The notes: generated by a model not told the origin, from the letters alone. DNA of 64,000 bases from Acidimicrobiia bacterium (GCA_044867425.1 JBIOUX010000035.1:11477-75476); one strand, 5' to 3'; numbered from the stretch's first letter, positions 1 through 10,244 are shown. Numbers and translations: made by a program.

Positions 1-372
1 CCGGCCGGGCTCCACCACGGCCACGCGCTGGGCGGAGCGCAGCGCCCGGGACGTCAGCTCGGGCCAGCCGGCCACGGCGATGGTGCCGCCGGGCAGCTCC
101 ACGGACAGGAGCGCGGCGGTCGGGTCCCGCTCCAGCTCGGTCATGGCGGCGTAGGCCTCGGCCACCGGGTCGAGGGCGCACAGCATCCGCGACGCCAGCC
201 ACCACAGCGGCCCGGCCGACGGACGGCGGGCGATCAGGCGCCGGCAGGCGATGACCAGGCCCGCGGGGTCGTCGGCGAAGGCAGCCAGGGCCTCGGCGGC
301 CTCCACCGCGGCCAGGCCGACGTCGGCCTCGGGTGCCCGGGCCACCCACCGCAACCGCTCGATCGGATGCAC
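1..372 (-). CDS. Conserved hypothetical protein, runs off the left edge
   Basis: Hand translation from GTG at 372: MHPIERLRWVARAPEADVGLAAVEAAEALAAFADDPAGLVIACRRL..., open to the window edge. Confidence 0.7.
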   Translation of the reverse strand, partial: MHPIERLRWVARAPEADVGLAAVEAAEALAAFADDPAGLVIACRRLIARRPSAGPLWWLASRMLCALDPVAEAYAAMTELERDPTAALLSVELPGGTIAVAGWPELTSRALRSAQRVAVVEPGR

Positions 373-390
373 GGCTTACGACGGTACCTT

Positions 391-732
391 GTGAGCGTGA
401 AGGTCCTCGGCTGCATCCACGAGCTCATGTTCTCGACCAAGCTGCGCGACGCCGCCGTCAGCCTCGGTCACGACTGTCACATGGTCCGCCGGGCGGCCGA
501 CGTCCCCGCCCACCTCGACGGGACCGACCTGGTCATCATCGACCTGATGGTGGCGGGTGGCGGGGCGCTGGAGGCGGTGACCGCAGCCCGGGAGGCGGGG
601 GTGGCGGTGGTGGCCTACGGCGAGCACGTGGCCGTCGACGTGCTCCAGGCGGCCCGGGAGGCCGGCGCCGACCAGGTCCTCAAGCGCAGCGACTTCGCCC
701 GGGCCCTGCCCACCCTCCTGGGCCCCTCCTAG
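391..732 (+). CDS. Atypical single-domain response-regulator receiver-like protein
   Basis: LVIIDL, VVAYGEHV and AREAGADQVL match the CheY-like fold; start probably GTG 391. Confidence 0.65.
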   Translation: MSVKVLGCIHELMFSTKLRDAAVSLGHDCHMVRRAADVPAHLDGTDLVIIDLMVAGGGALEAVTAAREAGVAVVAYGEHVAVDVLQAAREAGADQVLKRSDFARALPTLLGPS

Positions 733-744
733 GGCGGCCGCCTG

Positions 745-2013
745 ATGTCGCCCGGGCCCCGCCTCGACGACATGGTGGCCGCCACCCCGGCGAGCCGGGA
801 CCGCTACGTCGACTTCCTGCGGGCGGCCAGCATCGTGGTGGTGGTCCTCGGGCACTGGACCATCTCGCTCATCGCCTGGGACGGGGGTGTGATCCGTTCC
901 ACCAGCGCCCTCGGCCTCGGGTCGGGGCTGTGGCTGGCCACCTGGGTGCTCCAGGTCATGCCCGTCTTCTTCTTCGTGGGCGGCTACGCCAACCTGGTGG
1001 CCTACGAGTCGGCCCGCCGGGCGGGCCAGTCGGCCGGCGCCTTCATCCGCAGCCGGCTCCGCCGCCTGCTGCTCCCGTCGCTCGTGCTCCTGGGTGTGTG
1101 GGCCGTCGTGCAGGTGGTTCTCCACCTGACCGGCACCGGCGCTCCCACCGGACCCCGCTTCGGCGACTTCGTGCTCCTCCGGGGGGTGCGCCCGCCGGGC
1201 CAGACAATCCCCTTCGGGCCCTTGTGGTTCCTCGGGGTGTACCTGCTGGTCGTGTGCCTCAGCCCCGTGACCGTCTGGCTCCATCGCCGCTTCGGCGGGT
1301 GGGTGGTGGCGGTGATGGCCGCCGGGGCGGTGCTGTGCGACCTGGTCGGCTTCATCGGCGGTCAGGCGGGCGTGCGCTACTTCAACGTGGTGTTCGTCCT
1401 CCTCCTGCCCCACCAGCTGGGTCACTTCTACGGCGACGGCAGCATCCTGCGCTGGTCCCGGCGCCGGCTGGTGGCCATGTGCGTCGTCGGGCTGGCCGGG
1501 CTCATCACCCTCACCAACCCATGGCTGTTCCGCCTCTTCGGGGACGACCGGTTCCGCTGGTTCCCCGGCATCGGGCACTATCCCCGCAGCCTGCTCGGCA
1601 CCGATGTGGAGCGGGTCTCCAACGCCTACCCGCCCACGCTGTGCTACCTGCTGGTGGGGTTCTGGCTGATCGGCCTGGTCATCCTGGTCCGGCCGGCGCT
1701 CAGCCGGTGGCTGCAGCGGCCCGGCGTGTGGAAGGCCACCATCGCCGTGAACGGGTCGATCATGACCCTGTTCCTGTGGCACATGACCGCCTTCCTGCTG
1801 GCCATCCTCCTCCTGTGGCCCCTCGGCTTCGGCCACGACCGCACGCCCTCGTTGCGCTGGTGGGCGGAACGGCCGCTGTGGCTGGGGGTGGCGGGGGTCA
1901 TCCTGGCCGTGCTGGTGGCGCTGTTCTCCCGCTTCGAAGCGGCCGGCCGGCGGCCGCGCCCGGCGCCCGCCCAGGCCAAGGCGACGCCGCCGGTTACCAG
2001 TCGGCGATCGTGA
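745..2013 (+). CDS. Acyltransferase family 3 (OafA-like) membrane protein
   Basis: RDRYVDFLRA..VVVLGHW, QVMPVFFFVGGY and LWFLGVY motifs; many TM helices. Confidence 0.85.
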   Translation: MSPGPRLDDMVAATPASRDRYVDFLRAASIVVVVLGHWTISLIAWDGGVIRSTSALGLGSGLWLATWVLQVMPVFFFVGGYANLVAYESARRAGQSAGAFIRSRLRRLLLPSLVLLGVWAVVQVVLHLTGTGAPTGPRFGDFVLLRGVRPPGQTIPFGPLWFLGVYLLVVCLSPVTVWLHRRFGGWVVAVMAAGAVLCDLVGFIGGQAGVRYFNVVFVLLLPHQLGHFYGDGSILRWSRRRLVAMCVVGLAGLITLTNPWLFRLFGDDRFRWFPGIGHYPRSLLGTDVERVSNAYPPTLCYLLVGFWLIGLVILVRPALSRWLQRPGVWKATIAVNGSIMTLFLWHMTAFLLAILLLWPLGFGHDRTPSLRWWAERPLWLGVAGVILAVLVALFSRFEAAGRRPRPAPAQAKATPPVTSRRS

Positions 2014-3073
2014 AGCCGGGGGCGACCAGCGCCGGCTCCCCGCCCCGGCTGCGCCGGAAGAGGCTGCCCCCGTCGGCGTAGAGCAGGTGCTCACCGGTGG
2101 CGTCGAAGTCGAGCCAGGCCGGAGCCATGCCCTCGGGCAGGAGGTCGAGGGCGGTGCGGGTGTCGACGTCCATCAGCAGGGTCCTCGCCGGCCCCGTGTA
2201 GTCGTCATCGAAGCAGCAGGCGAAGGCGGAGTTGACCACCGCCAGCCGCCCGCTGCCCGCCTGCCAGGTGGGATGGCGGGAGTCGCCGCCTCCGCCGGGC
2301 ACCACCACCTCGGTGGTCTCCGACAGGTCGCGGGCGTTGACGGTGTCGAGCACCGACACCGAGTCGCCTTCGAAGGAATGGGTGATGGCCAGCCGTCGCG
2401 AGTCGGGCGCCCAGGCCAGGCGGGTGAAGGCGGCGTCGGCGAAGAAGGCGGCGCGGTGCTCCTCGTCGTCGGGGAAGCGGATGCGCCGGCGCTCCTCCCC
2501 CGAGCGCAGGTCGTGGATGACCACCACGTTGTGGCAGCCCCGGGTGCCGTCCGGCCGTTGGCGGCCGGGGGCGGCGAAGGCCAGCCAGCGGCCGTCCGGG
2601 CTCACCGCCGGGGAGATGCCCGAGCCGATCCGGTGGGGGGTGGACCGGCGGTCGGTGGGGACCCGGTAGATGGACCCCTCACCGCAGTCGCCGGCCAGCG
2701 AGTAGAAGGCGTGGCGGCGGTCAGGGGTGAGCGCCGCCCCCTGGAGGACCAGGCCATCGCCGGGGGGGTGGTGGGTGGCCAGCACCCGCACCGGGGTGCC
2801 GTGGGCCGGGTCGAGGAGAGCGACGACGCCGGTGTCGGGGGCGAGGGCGAGGATGGCCGGCGGGGTCCCGACGGGGAGGGCCACGGCGTCGACGGGAACG
2901 GCGGGCGTGGCCGGCGCCTGAGGGGCGGTGACGATGTTGGTGCCGTCATCTCCGTCGAAGAGGGCCAGCATCAAGCCGCCGACGAGCATCACGGACGACA
3001 CGGCCAGGGCGCGGACGGCGGCCCGGCGCCGGGCGCCCGGCAACCGGAGTCCATCGTCTCCTTCGGCCTTCAT
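1994..3073 (-). CDS. Membrane-anchored TolB/PD40-like beta-propeller protein
   Basis: N-terminal TM; SPAVSPDGRWLAF and WAPDSRRLA repeats. Confidence 0.7.
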   Translation of the reverse strand: MKAEGDDGLRLPGARRRAAVRALAVSSVMLVGGLMLALFDGDDGTNIVTAPQAPATPAVPVDAVALPVGTPPAILALAPDTGVVALLDPAHGTPVRVLATHHPPGDGLVLQGAALTPDRRHAFYSLAGDCGEGSIYRVPTDRRSTPHRIGSGISPAVSPDGRWLAFAAPGRQRPDGTRGCHNVVVIHDLRSGEERRRIRFPDDEEHRAAFFADAAFTRLAWAPDSRRLAITHSFEGDSVSVLDTVNARDLSETTEVVVPGGGGDSRHPTWQAGSGRLAVVNSAFACCFDDDYTGPARTLLMDVDTRTALDLLPEGMAPAWLDFDATGEHLLYADGGSLFRRSRGGEPALVAPGFTIADW

Positions 3074-3194
3074 CCCCGCTCGCCTCCGACTCCGCCCCAA
3101 CTCCGTCCACGATATCTGGGGAAGTGCCTGTTTCCTCCCCGCCGGGACCCATCCTCACACGCCCGATCCGAAGTCGGGCGGACCCCGGGCGGCA

Positions 3195-3256
3195 CCCCAT
3201 TCATCGCGCGTTAGCCAAACCCGGCTGGCAGCCGGGTTTCGTTAACTCGAGAGGGG
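3195..3256. repeat. Palindromic REP-like element, copy 1
   Basis: cgcgttagccaaacccggctggcagccgggtttcgttaac; near-identical reverse-complement copy at 26359-26417. Confidence 0.75.
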
Positions 3257-3320
3257 AGACACGGCCCCGCAGGCGGGCCGGTGAGGATCGTGGGAGTGAT
3301 CGCTCCTAGAATGTCTGCTC

Positions 3321-4070
3321 GTGCGGATGCGGGTGGAGGAGCTGGCCGGTCGCAGCGGCGTGTCGGTCGACACCGTGCGCTTCTACCAGAAGCAGCGGCT
3401 GCTGCCGGCGCCCGAACGCCAGGGCCGGGTCGCCTGGTACACCGCCGATCATCTGGAGCGCATGGAACGGGTCAAGGAGCTGCGCCGGCGGGGGTTCACG
3501 CTGGCGGTCATCCGCCGCTTCCTCTCCGGTGAGCTCGACGCCGCCGACGAGCCTCTGGCCGCCGCCGTGGCCGAGGCCAGCTCGGGCGACGACGAGTTCC
3601 TCACCGAGGCCGAGCTGGCCGAGCGCTCCGGCGTGCCCCTGGCGCTCATCGAAGCGGTGTCCCGGGAGGGTCTGCTGGTTCCCCGCTTCCACGAGGGCGA
3701 GCCCCGGTACACGGCCGACGACGTGCGCATCGTCTCCGCCGGCCTGCGCCTCCTCCAGGCCGGGCTGCCCCTCCCCGGGCTGCTCGAGCTGGCCCGCCGG
3801 CATCACGGCGCCATGCGGGAGGTGGCGGCTCAGGCCGTGGACCTCTTCGACACCTCGGTGCGCCAGCCGCTGCGGGCCACCGACCTGCCCGAGGACGAGA
3901 AGGCAGAGCGGCTGGTGGACGCCTTCCGGACGCTGCTGCCGGCCGTCTCCGAACTGGTGGCCCACCACTTCCGGCGCGTGCTCCTCCAGGTGGCCCAGGA
4001 GCACCTGGAGTCGGTGGGGGAACCCTCGGAGCTGGCCGCCGCAGGCGCCGAAGCGGCGAGGACCCGATGA
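3321..4070 (+). CDS. MerR-family transcriptional regulator (two MerR-like HTH domains)
   Basis: ELAGRSGVSVDTVRFYQKQRLL; second HTH ELAERSGVP. Confidence 0.85.
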   Translation: MRMRVEELAGRSGVSVDTVRFYQKQRLLPAPERQGRVAWYTADHLERMERVKELRRRGFTLAVIRRFLSGELDAADEPLAAAVAEASSGDDEFLTEAELAERSGVPLALIEAVSREGLLVPRFHEGEPRYTADDVRIVSAGLRLLQAGLPLPGLLELARRHHGAMREVAAQAVDLFDTSVRQPLRATDLPEDEKAERLVDAFRTLLPAVSELVAHHFRRVLLQVAQEHLESVGEPSELAAAGAEAARTR

Positions 4071-4792
4071 CGCCCGGCGCCGGCGCCACGCTGCCCACCG
4101 GCGAGGCCAAGGTGGCGGCCGTCGACGCCATGTTCGATGCCATCGCCCCCCGCTACGACCTGTGCAACCGGGTGATCAGCCTGGGCCTGGACGTGGGGTG
4201 GCGCCGGCGGACCGTGCAGGCGCTGGGCCTGCCCGCCGGCGCCCTGGTGCTCGATCTGGCCTGCGGCACCGGCGACCTGTGCCGGGAGCTGCGCCGGGCC
4301 GGTCTCGTGCCCGTGGGGGTCGACCGTTCGGCGGGCATGCTGGCCGCCGCCGGGGCTCGGGGTGTCCCCGACAATGGGCGCGCCCCGGCGCCTCTGGTGC
4401 GGGGCGACGCCCTGTCCCTACCGCTGCGAGCCGGGGCCGTCGACGGGGTGGTGTGTGGCTTCGCCCTGCGCAACTTCGCTGGGCTGCCTCCGGTGTTCGC
4501 CGAATGCGCCCGGGTGGTGCGCCCCGGTGGGGTGGTGGCCTTCCTGGAGGTGGACACTCCCGACTCGGTGGTGATGCGGGCCGGGCACAAGGTCTGGTTC
4601 GGGGGTGTCGTGCCCCTCATCGGCGCCCTGCTGTCCGACGCTGCCGCCTACCGCTACCTGCCCCGCTCGGTGGCCTACCTCCCTCCGCCCGGCGAGCTGG
4701 CCGGGCTGCTGGCCGGCGCCGGCTTCGCCCGGGTGGGGCGCACCCGCCTCTCGGGCGGGATCGCCCAGCTGGTGACGGGGGTACGGTCATGA
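4067..4792 (+). CDS. menG: Demethylmenaquinone methyltransferase (UbiE/MenG)
   Basis: MFDAIAPRYDLCNRVISLG, VLDLACGTGD, AYRYLPRSV; ATGA overlap with merR. Confidence 0.88.
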   Translation: MTPGAGATLPTGEAKVAAVDAMFDAIAPRYDLCNRVISLGLDVGWRRRTVQALGLPAGALVLDLACGTGDLCRELRRAGLVPVGVDRSAGMLAAAGARGVPDNGRAPAPLVRGDALSLPLRAGAVDGVVCGFALRNFAGLPPVFAECARVVRPGGVVAFLEVDTPDSVVMRAGHKVWFGGVVPLIGALLSDAAAYRYLPRSVAYLPPPGELAGLLAGAGFARVGRTRLSGGIAQLVTGVRS

Positions 4793-6006
4793 AGCTCCTG
4801 ACCAGCCGGACCCGTCCGCTGCCCGGCGGCATCGACCACCTCCTGTCCCGCCTCGGTCCCGACGGCTTCGCCTGGCTCCGCGACGGCTGCGGCTTCGTCA
4901 CCGCCGGGGTGGCGGCCCGCATCCCGGTCGGGCCCGGGGCGGGCCGCTTCGAACGGGCGGCGGCCGACCTGTCAGGGTTCTTCGCCGCCATCGAGGTCGA
5001 CGACGCCGTCGACCTCCCCGGCACCGGGCCGGTGGCGGTGGGGGCCCTGCCCTTCTCCGACTCGGCGGCGGGCGAGCTGGTGGTCCCTGCTCTGGTCGTG
5101 GGCCGCGACGCCGGCGGGACGGCCTGGGTCACCGAGACGGAGCCGGCGGCGGCGGCGGCCTCGCCGGCGGCGGCGCCCGGGGTGAACGGACTGTCCTTCT
5201 CGGCCAAGGAACACCCCGACAAGGAGGAGTGGACCTCCAACGTGCGCCGGGTGCTGGGCGCCATCGGCGCCGGGCACGTGCGCAAGGTGGTGCTGGCCCG
5301 CGAGGTCGTGCTCGAGGCGGACAAGCCCTTCGACCGCCAGAAGCTGCTCGAGCGCCTGGGCCACAGCCACCCGACGTGCTTCACCTATGCCGCGGGCGGC
5401 TTCGTGGGGGCCAGCCCCGAGCTGCTGGTGCGCCGGCGGGGCGACGAGGTGGAGTCGTGCCCCATGGCCGGCACCGTGGCCCGGGGCTCGACCCCGCCCG
5501 AGGACGACGCCCTGGTCGACGCCCTGTCCCACTCGGCCAAGGAGGCCGAGGAGCACTCGCTCCTGGTGGAGGCCGTGGTCGACGCCCTGGCCCCCCTGTG
5601 CGCCGAGGGCCCCGAGGCGGCCGCCGCCGAGGTCGTGCGCCTGCCCACCGTGTCCCACCTGGCCACCCGGGTGCGGGGGCGACTGGCGGCGCCGGCGCCC
5701 TCGGTGCTGTCCCTGGCCGGCAAGCTCCACCCCACCCCGGCCGTCGGCGGCCTCCCCCGCCCCGCCGCCCTGGCCGCCATCGCCACCCTGGAGGGCTTCG
5801 ACCGCGGCCTCTACGCCGGCCCCGTCGGCTGGGTGGACGCCTCCGGCGAAGGCGAGTGGGCCGTCGCCCTGCGGGGCGCCGAGCTCGACGGCTCCCGGGC
5901 CCGCCTGGTGGCCGGCGCCGGCATCGTGGCCGGCTCCGATCCCGACGCCGAGTGGGACGAGACGGAAGCCAAGCTCCAGGCGATGCTCTCCGCCGTCCGG
6001 TCCTGA
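4789..6006 (+). CDS. menF: Isochorismate synthase
   Basis: KVVLAR, FVGASPELL, LHPTPAVGG, AGAGIVAGS; real start ATG 4789 overlaps the menG stop. Confidence 0.88.
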   Translation: MKLLTSRTRPLPGGIDHLLSRLGPDGFAWLRDGCGFVTAGVAARIPVGPGAGRFERAAADLSGFFAAIEVDDAVDLPGTGPVAVGALPFSDSAAGELVVPALVVGRDAGGTAWVTETEPAAAAASPAAAPGVNGLSFSAKEHPDKEEWTSNVRRVLGAIGAGHVRKVVLAREVVLEADKPFDRQKLLERLGHSHPTCFTYAAGGFVGASPELLVRRRGDEVESCPMAGTVARGSTPPEDDALVDALSHSAKEAEEHSLLVEAVVDALAPLCAEGPEAAAAEVVRLPTVSHLATRVRGRLAAPAPSVLSLAGKLHPTPAVGGLPRPAALAAIATLEGFDRGLYAGPVGWVDASGEGEWAVALRGAELDGSRARLVAGAGIVAGSDPDAEWDETEAKLQAMLSAVRS

Positions 6007-6024
6007 CTTCTCTGGCGACGCGTC

Positions 6025-7491
6025 CTACAGCGACGCCCAGACGTTCTTCGGACGGGAGAACTCCCGGATGCCGGCCAGGCCCCCGAGGCGGCCGTAGCCG
6101 CTCTGCTTGGTCCCGCCGAAGGGGACGGAGCCGGGAACGCCGGGGAAGCCGTTGATCCAGACGTTGCCCGCCTCCAGTGCCGCCGCCATGCGGTGGGCCC
6201 GCTTGAAGTCGTTGGTCTGGATGTAGGCGGCGAGGCCGTAGGGGTGGTCGTTGGCGATGGACAGCGCCTCGGACTCGGTCTCGAAGCGCTGCATGGACAT
6301 GACCGGTCCGAAGATCTCGTGCTGGGCCAGGTCGGAGGCGTTGTCGACGTCGGCGAAGATGGTGGGGGCGATGAAGTAGCCGTCGGCCAGGTCCCCGTCC
6401 AGCCGGTGGCCACCGGTCACCAGCCTGCCCTCCCGGTTGCGCTGCGTGCGCTCCACCACCCCGAGCACCCGGTCGCACGCACCCTGGCTGATGACGGGGC
6501 CCATCCTGGTGGTGGGTGAGGCCGGGTCACCGATGGGGATCTGCTCCACCATGGTCCGGCACCGCTCGATGATCTCGTCGTAGACGGGCGCCTGGACCAG
6601 GACCCGGGTACCGATGAGGCAGGCCTGCCCGCTCATGTAGACGACGGCGGAGATGGCGAGCTCGGCGGCTTCTTCGAGGTTGGCGTCGGCGAAGATGATG
6701 TTGGCCGACTTGCCCCCCAGCTCCAGCGTGACCGGGGTCAGGTTGGTGAGAGCGGCGGCCAGCACTTCTTTGGCCACGGCGCTGCTGCCCATGAAGTGGA
6801 TCTTGTCCACCCCGGGGTGACGGACAAGGGCGTCGCCGGCCTCGGGACCGCCCGGCACGATGTTGACCACGCCGGGCGGGAAGCCGGCCTCGAGGAGCAG
6901 CTGGCCCACCCGCAGGGCACTGAGCGGAGCGGGGCGCGACGGCTTGAGCACCACGGTGTTGCCGGCCGCCAGCGCCGGGGCCAGCGTCATGCCCAGGGAG
7001 GGCACCGGACCGTTCCAGGGGATGATGATGCCCACCACGCCATAGGGCTCGCTGAGGGTGTAGTCGAGGGCGGGCTCCGGCCAGGTGGTGATGACGTCGC
7101 CGCCCACCTTGTCGGCCCAGCCGGCGTTGTAGGTGAAGGCGTCGGCGATGGTGGCCGGCCCCTTCCCCGCCATCCAGATGGGCGTGCCGTTCTCGAACAC
7201 CGACAGCCGGCCGATGGCGTCCGCCTGCTCCTTCATCAGGGCGGCGAAGCGCAGCATGACGTCGCGGCGACGGTCGACGGTCCAGGACCTCCATTCGGGC
7301 GATGCCGCCCGGGCCGCCCGCACCGCCTCGTCGATTTCCCTGGCGCCGGCCAGGGGCACCCGGACGGTGGGCTTGCCCGTGGCCGGGTACTCGTGCTGGA
7401 ACTCGCCGCCGCTGGCCTCGGTCACCAGCTCGTCGCCGATGAGCAGTCCCGGCCGGGGGAAGAAATCGAGGTCCGCCTCCGCGATGGTCAT
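6025..7491 (-). CDS. Aldehyde dehydrogenase
   Basis: IIPWN, LELGGKS, catalytic GQAC, EIFGPV, PFGGTKQSGYGR. Confidence 0.93.
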   Translation of the reverse strand: MTIAEADLDFFPRPGLLIGDELVTEASGGEFQHEYPATGKPTVRVPLAGAREIDEAVRAARAASPEWRSWTVDRRRDVMLRFAALMKEQADAIGRLSVFENGTPIWMAGKGPATIADAFTYNAGWADKVGGDVITTWPEPALDYTLSEPYGVVGIIIPWNGPVPSLGMTLAPALAAGNTVVLKPSRPAPLSALRVGQLLLEAGFPPGVVNIVPGGPEAGDALVRHPGVDKIHFMGSSAVAKEVLAAALTNLTPVTLELGGKSANIIFADANLEEAAELAISAVVYMSGQACLIGTRVLVQAPVYDEIIERCRTMVEQIPIGDPASPTTRMGPVISQGACDRVLGVVERTQRNREGRLVTGGHRLDGDLADGYFIAPTIFADVDNASDLAQHEIFGPVMSMQRFETESEALSIANDHPYGLAAYIQTNDFKRAHRMAAALEAGNVWINGFPGVPGSVPFGGTKQSGYGRLGGLAGIREFSRPKNVWASL

Positions 7492-8168
7492 CTCCGCCTC
7501 CTTGTGGGCGTGCTCGCCTCACTCGCCGTGCTCGCCTGACTCGCCGTGCTCGCCGTCCCGGCCAGCAACGCCAGGCACGACTCGGCCACGGCCTCGGGGT
7601 CGTGGCGATCGGGGTCGAACCACTTGTAGTGCCAGGTCGTCGCCCCCAGCAGCACTTGGGCTCCGTACCAGGGGTCGACGGGCGGGATCACCCCGCCGTC
7701 GACGGCCTCCTTGACCAGGGCCACGATCTCCTTGAGAAAATGGCGCTCCTTCTCCACGATCTCCGCCTCGTAGCGGTCGTCGAGCGCACCCCGGTCGTCG
7801 AAGAGCACCTTGACCATGCCGGCCCGCTGCGCCACCTCGGTGACCTGGTTCCGGATGAAGGCCACCAGGCGCTGGCGGGGATCGCCGATGTCCCGGCTCT
7901 CCTCGAGCTGGCGGATGGCGGCGGAGATGGCCCGGTCGTGGATGAGGTAGAGCAGGTGGGCCTTGGACGGGACGTAGTGGTAGAGGCTGGCCCGCCGGAA
8001 GTCCACGGCGGCGGCGATGTCATCGAGGGTGGCCGAGTCGTAGCCCCGGAGGCCGAACGCCCGGACGGCGGCGTCGATGATCTCCTCCAGCCGGGCCAGG
8101 TACTCCGGCGACGGCTGGTCCAGCCGGGGCCGGCCCCGACGCCGCCGGGGAGCAGCAACCTCAGCCAT
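7488..8168 (-). CDS. TetR/AcrR-family regulator (KstR2-like C-terminal domain)
   Basis: GYDSATLDDIAAAVDFRRASLYHY HTH; ATTWHYKWF C-terminal motif. Confidence 0.88.
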   Translation of the reverse strand: MAEVAAPRRRRGRPRLDQPSPEYLARLEEIIDAAVRAFGLRGYDSATLDDIAAAVDFRRASLYHYVPSKAHLLYLIHDRAISAAIRQLEESRDIGDPRQRLVAFIRNQVTEVAQRAGMVKVLFDDRGALDDRYEAEIVEKERHFLKEIVALVKEAVDGGVIPPVDPWYGAQVLLGATTWHYKWFDPDRHDPEAVAESCLALLAGTASTASQASTASEASTPTRRRR

Positions 8169-8184
8169 CCGATCCCCTCGTGTC

Positions 8185-8222
8185 TTTCGATCGACATTTA
8201 TTTCGATCGACGCATCTGTCGA
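8185..8222. promoter_or_regulatory. Probable TetR operator
   Basis: AT-rich; direct repeat TTTCGATCGAC (8185, 8201) and palindrome TCGAC-N6-GTCGA (8207-8222) just upstream of tetR. Confidence 0.5.
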
Positions 8223-8294
8223 AAAAAATAGGCGCGGCGGGCGCGGGTGTCAATGCCCCGTGCTTCCGGCGGGCAGAGGCGCCACACTGGTGGA

Positions 8295-10244
8295 ATGCGG
8301 GCACGAAAGGGACATCTCGTTCTCATGGTCGCCGTCGCCACACTGGTTCTGGGCGGGTCGGCGGCGACGGCCATTCCCCTGGCTCGGGTCCCCACCGAAG
8401 CAGACCCCCTGGTCTTCACGGGGACGGGGGTGCCTTCGGTGCCGGACACCGCCGCCACTCCTCCGACCGTGGAGTTCCTCCGCCGGGGCCTGCTGGCTGG
8501 CCTGGAGCCGGTCATCCCGGCGGTGACCCCCGCCGCGGCATCGCCCAACGATGCCTTCGCGGCGCTGCCTGCCGATGGCTTCGCCGCCTACGCCACCGGC
8601 ACCGCCCACCACACCGACCAGGAACTCTCGGGTGAGGACGTCGGGGCCGAGATCGACATGGCCGCCTCCGACGCCGCCTACGCCTCGCGTGCGCTGCTTG
8701 CGCTCAGCGATGAGCTGGGCCGCCCCATCGTGGGTCCGCTCGCCGCCGGCAACGGCTTTGGGCGGGGCCGGGCCCTGCAGGTCACCCCTCCCGAGGCACT
8801 CGGGACCGACGCCGACCTCGAGGACCTTGACGATCCCGCCGAGGCCAAGGCGCCGCCGTCGAAGGCACCGGTGTCCAAGGAGACCCAGTTTGACCTGAGC
8901 CCAGTCCTCCGGGCTGACACCTTCCAGGCCGAGGCCTCGGCCCGCGCCGTGGCCACCGGCTGTGTCATCGGCAACGATCTGGCGCGCGGGTCCGCCTCGG
9001 CCAATGACACCGACCTCGTCGACTCCGATCCCGACGACAACAGCACTCAGCCGCTGCTGTCGGTCGGCGCCGACGAACCGCCCCGAGCGGTGACCCAATC
9101 GATCTCCCGCGCCACGCTCGTGCCACTCGGTGACAGGCCGGGGCGCTTCGGGGTCATGGCCGAGACCCGCCAGACAATCGCGCCGATCACCTTCGGACTG
9201 CCCGGGATCGAGGAGAAGTTCACCGTCGAGGTCGGAGGGGAATGGGCGCTGCGGGCCCGGGCCGACGGGAAGACGGGGACCATCAGCTTCGGACCGGAGC
9301 CGGGCTCCGGCGACCAGCCGATGCTGCGCCTCATCCAGGGCAAAGAGGTGATCGACGAGGTCGGATTGCGGGAGATCGGCGGCCGGACGGGGATCTACAT
9401 CGACGGCAAGCCCGTGGGCGAGATCCGGGTCGGGGGGGAGGCGCGCGCCATCGGGGGCAACGTCAAGTCCACGCCCACCGAGACACCGACGTTGGCCGCC
9501 GCCGCCGTCGACATCGTGGTCATGCGGCTCTTCGATCCGCGGGCCGAGATGCGTGTCGGCCACATGGAGGTCGCCGTGAGGCTGCCCGCCGACGGCGTCG
9601 AGTGTCCCGGGATCGCACTCAAGAAACAGTCCCAGCCCGCTTCCGTCCGGCCCGGCGACAAGCTCAGCTGGACAGTCAGCATCTCGAATCCGAACGACTG
9701 CGCCCTCGACAAGGTCAAGGTGCAAGACGCCACGACCGTCACCGCGGGGGTGAGCTGGCGAGCCGTCACGACCACTCCGAAAGCGTCGCGGGCCACGGAC
9801 GGCAGCCTCCTCTTCGAGGGCATCGGGCCCATCCGCACCGGTGAAACGAAGACCGTGCGGATCGACGGGGAGATCGACGCCGGTTCTGCGCCCGGCAGCA
9901 TCGTCAACCGGGCCACCGCCGTAGGGACCTGTGGCCCCGCGCCGGTGTCCGGCGCCGCGGAGGCCTCCATCCCGGTCGAGGTCGCCTCGCCGCCCGGCCT
10001 GGTGCAGGGGCCGTCGGCGCCCGCGGACGAAGGCGGATCGGGTCGCTCCGCCGCCGGCGCTCAGGGCGAGAATCTGATCCGTCCCGCGCCGGCCCCCTCC
10101 GGAGGTGAGTCGGCCGGGGGCTCCGATGAGGCTGCCGGCAATCTGCCCCGCACCGGAGGCCCGGCCGGGCTCCTGCTCGGCGTCTCCCTGCTGGCAACAG
10201 GAAGGTTGCTCCGACGCCTGCGGCGTCGGAAGGGGTCGTCCTAG
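8295..10244 (+). CDS. Secreted DUF11-domain protein with LPXTG-type sortase signal
   Basis: Signal peptide; KKQSQPASVRPGDKLSWTVSISN (DUF11-like); LPRTG + hydrophobic stretch + RRLRRRK. Confidence 0.7.
   Translation: MRARKGHLVLMVAVATLVLGGSAATAIPLARVPTEADPLVFTGTGVPSVPDTAATPPTVEFLRRGLLAGLEPVIPAVTPAAASPNDAFAALPADGFAAYATGTAHHTDQELSGEDVGAEIDMAASDAAYASRALLALSDELGRPIVGPLAAGNGFGRGRALQVTPPEALGTDADLEDLDDPAEAKAPPSKAPVSKETQFDLSPVLRADTFQAEASARAVATGCVIGNDLARGSASANDTDLVDSDPDDNSTQPLLSVGADEPPRAVTQSISRATLVPLGDRPGRFGVMAETRQTIAPITFGLPGIEEKFTVEVGGEWALRARADGKTGTISFGPEPGSGDQPMLRLIQGKEVIDEVGLREIGGRTGIYIDGKPVGEIRVGGEARAIGGNVKSTPTETPTLAAAAVDIVVMRLFDPRAEMRVGHMEVAVRLPADGVECPGIALKKQSQPASVRPGDKLSWTVSISNPNDCALDKVKVQDATTVTAGVSWRAVTTTPKASRATDGSLLFEGIGPIRTGETKTVRIDGEIDAGSAPGSIVNRATAVGTCGPAPVSGAAEASIPVEVASPPGLVQGPSAPADEGGSGRSAAGAQGENLIRPAPAPSGGESAGGSDEAAGNLPRTGGPAGLLLGVSLLATGRLLRRLRRRKGSS

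Noticed and set aside
7510-7555. 18-bp tandem repeat at the tetR 3' end
   Set aside because: Low-complexity ASTASQ tail with no evident function.
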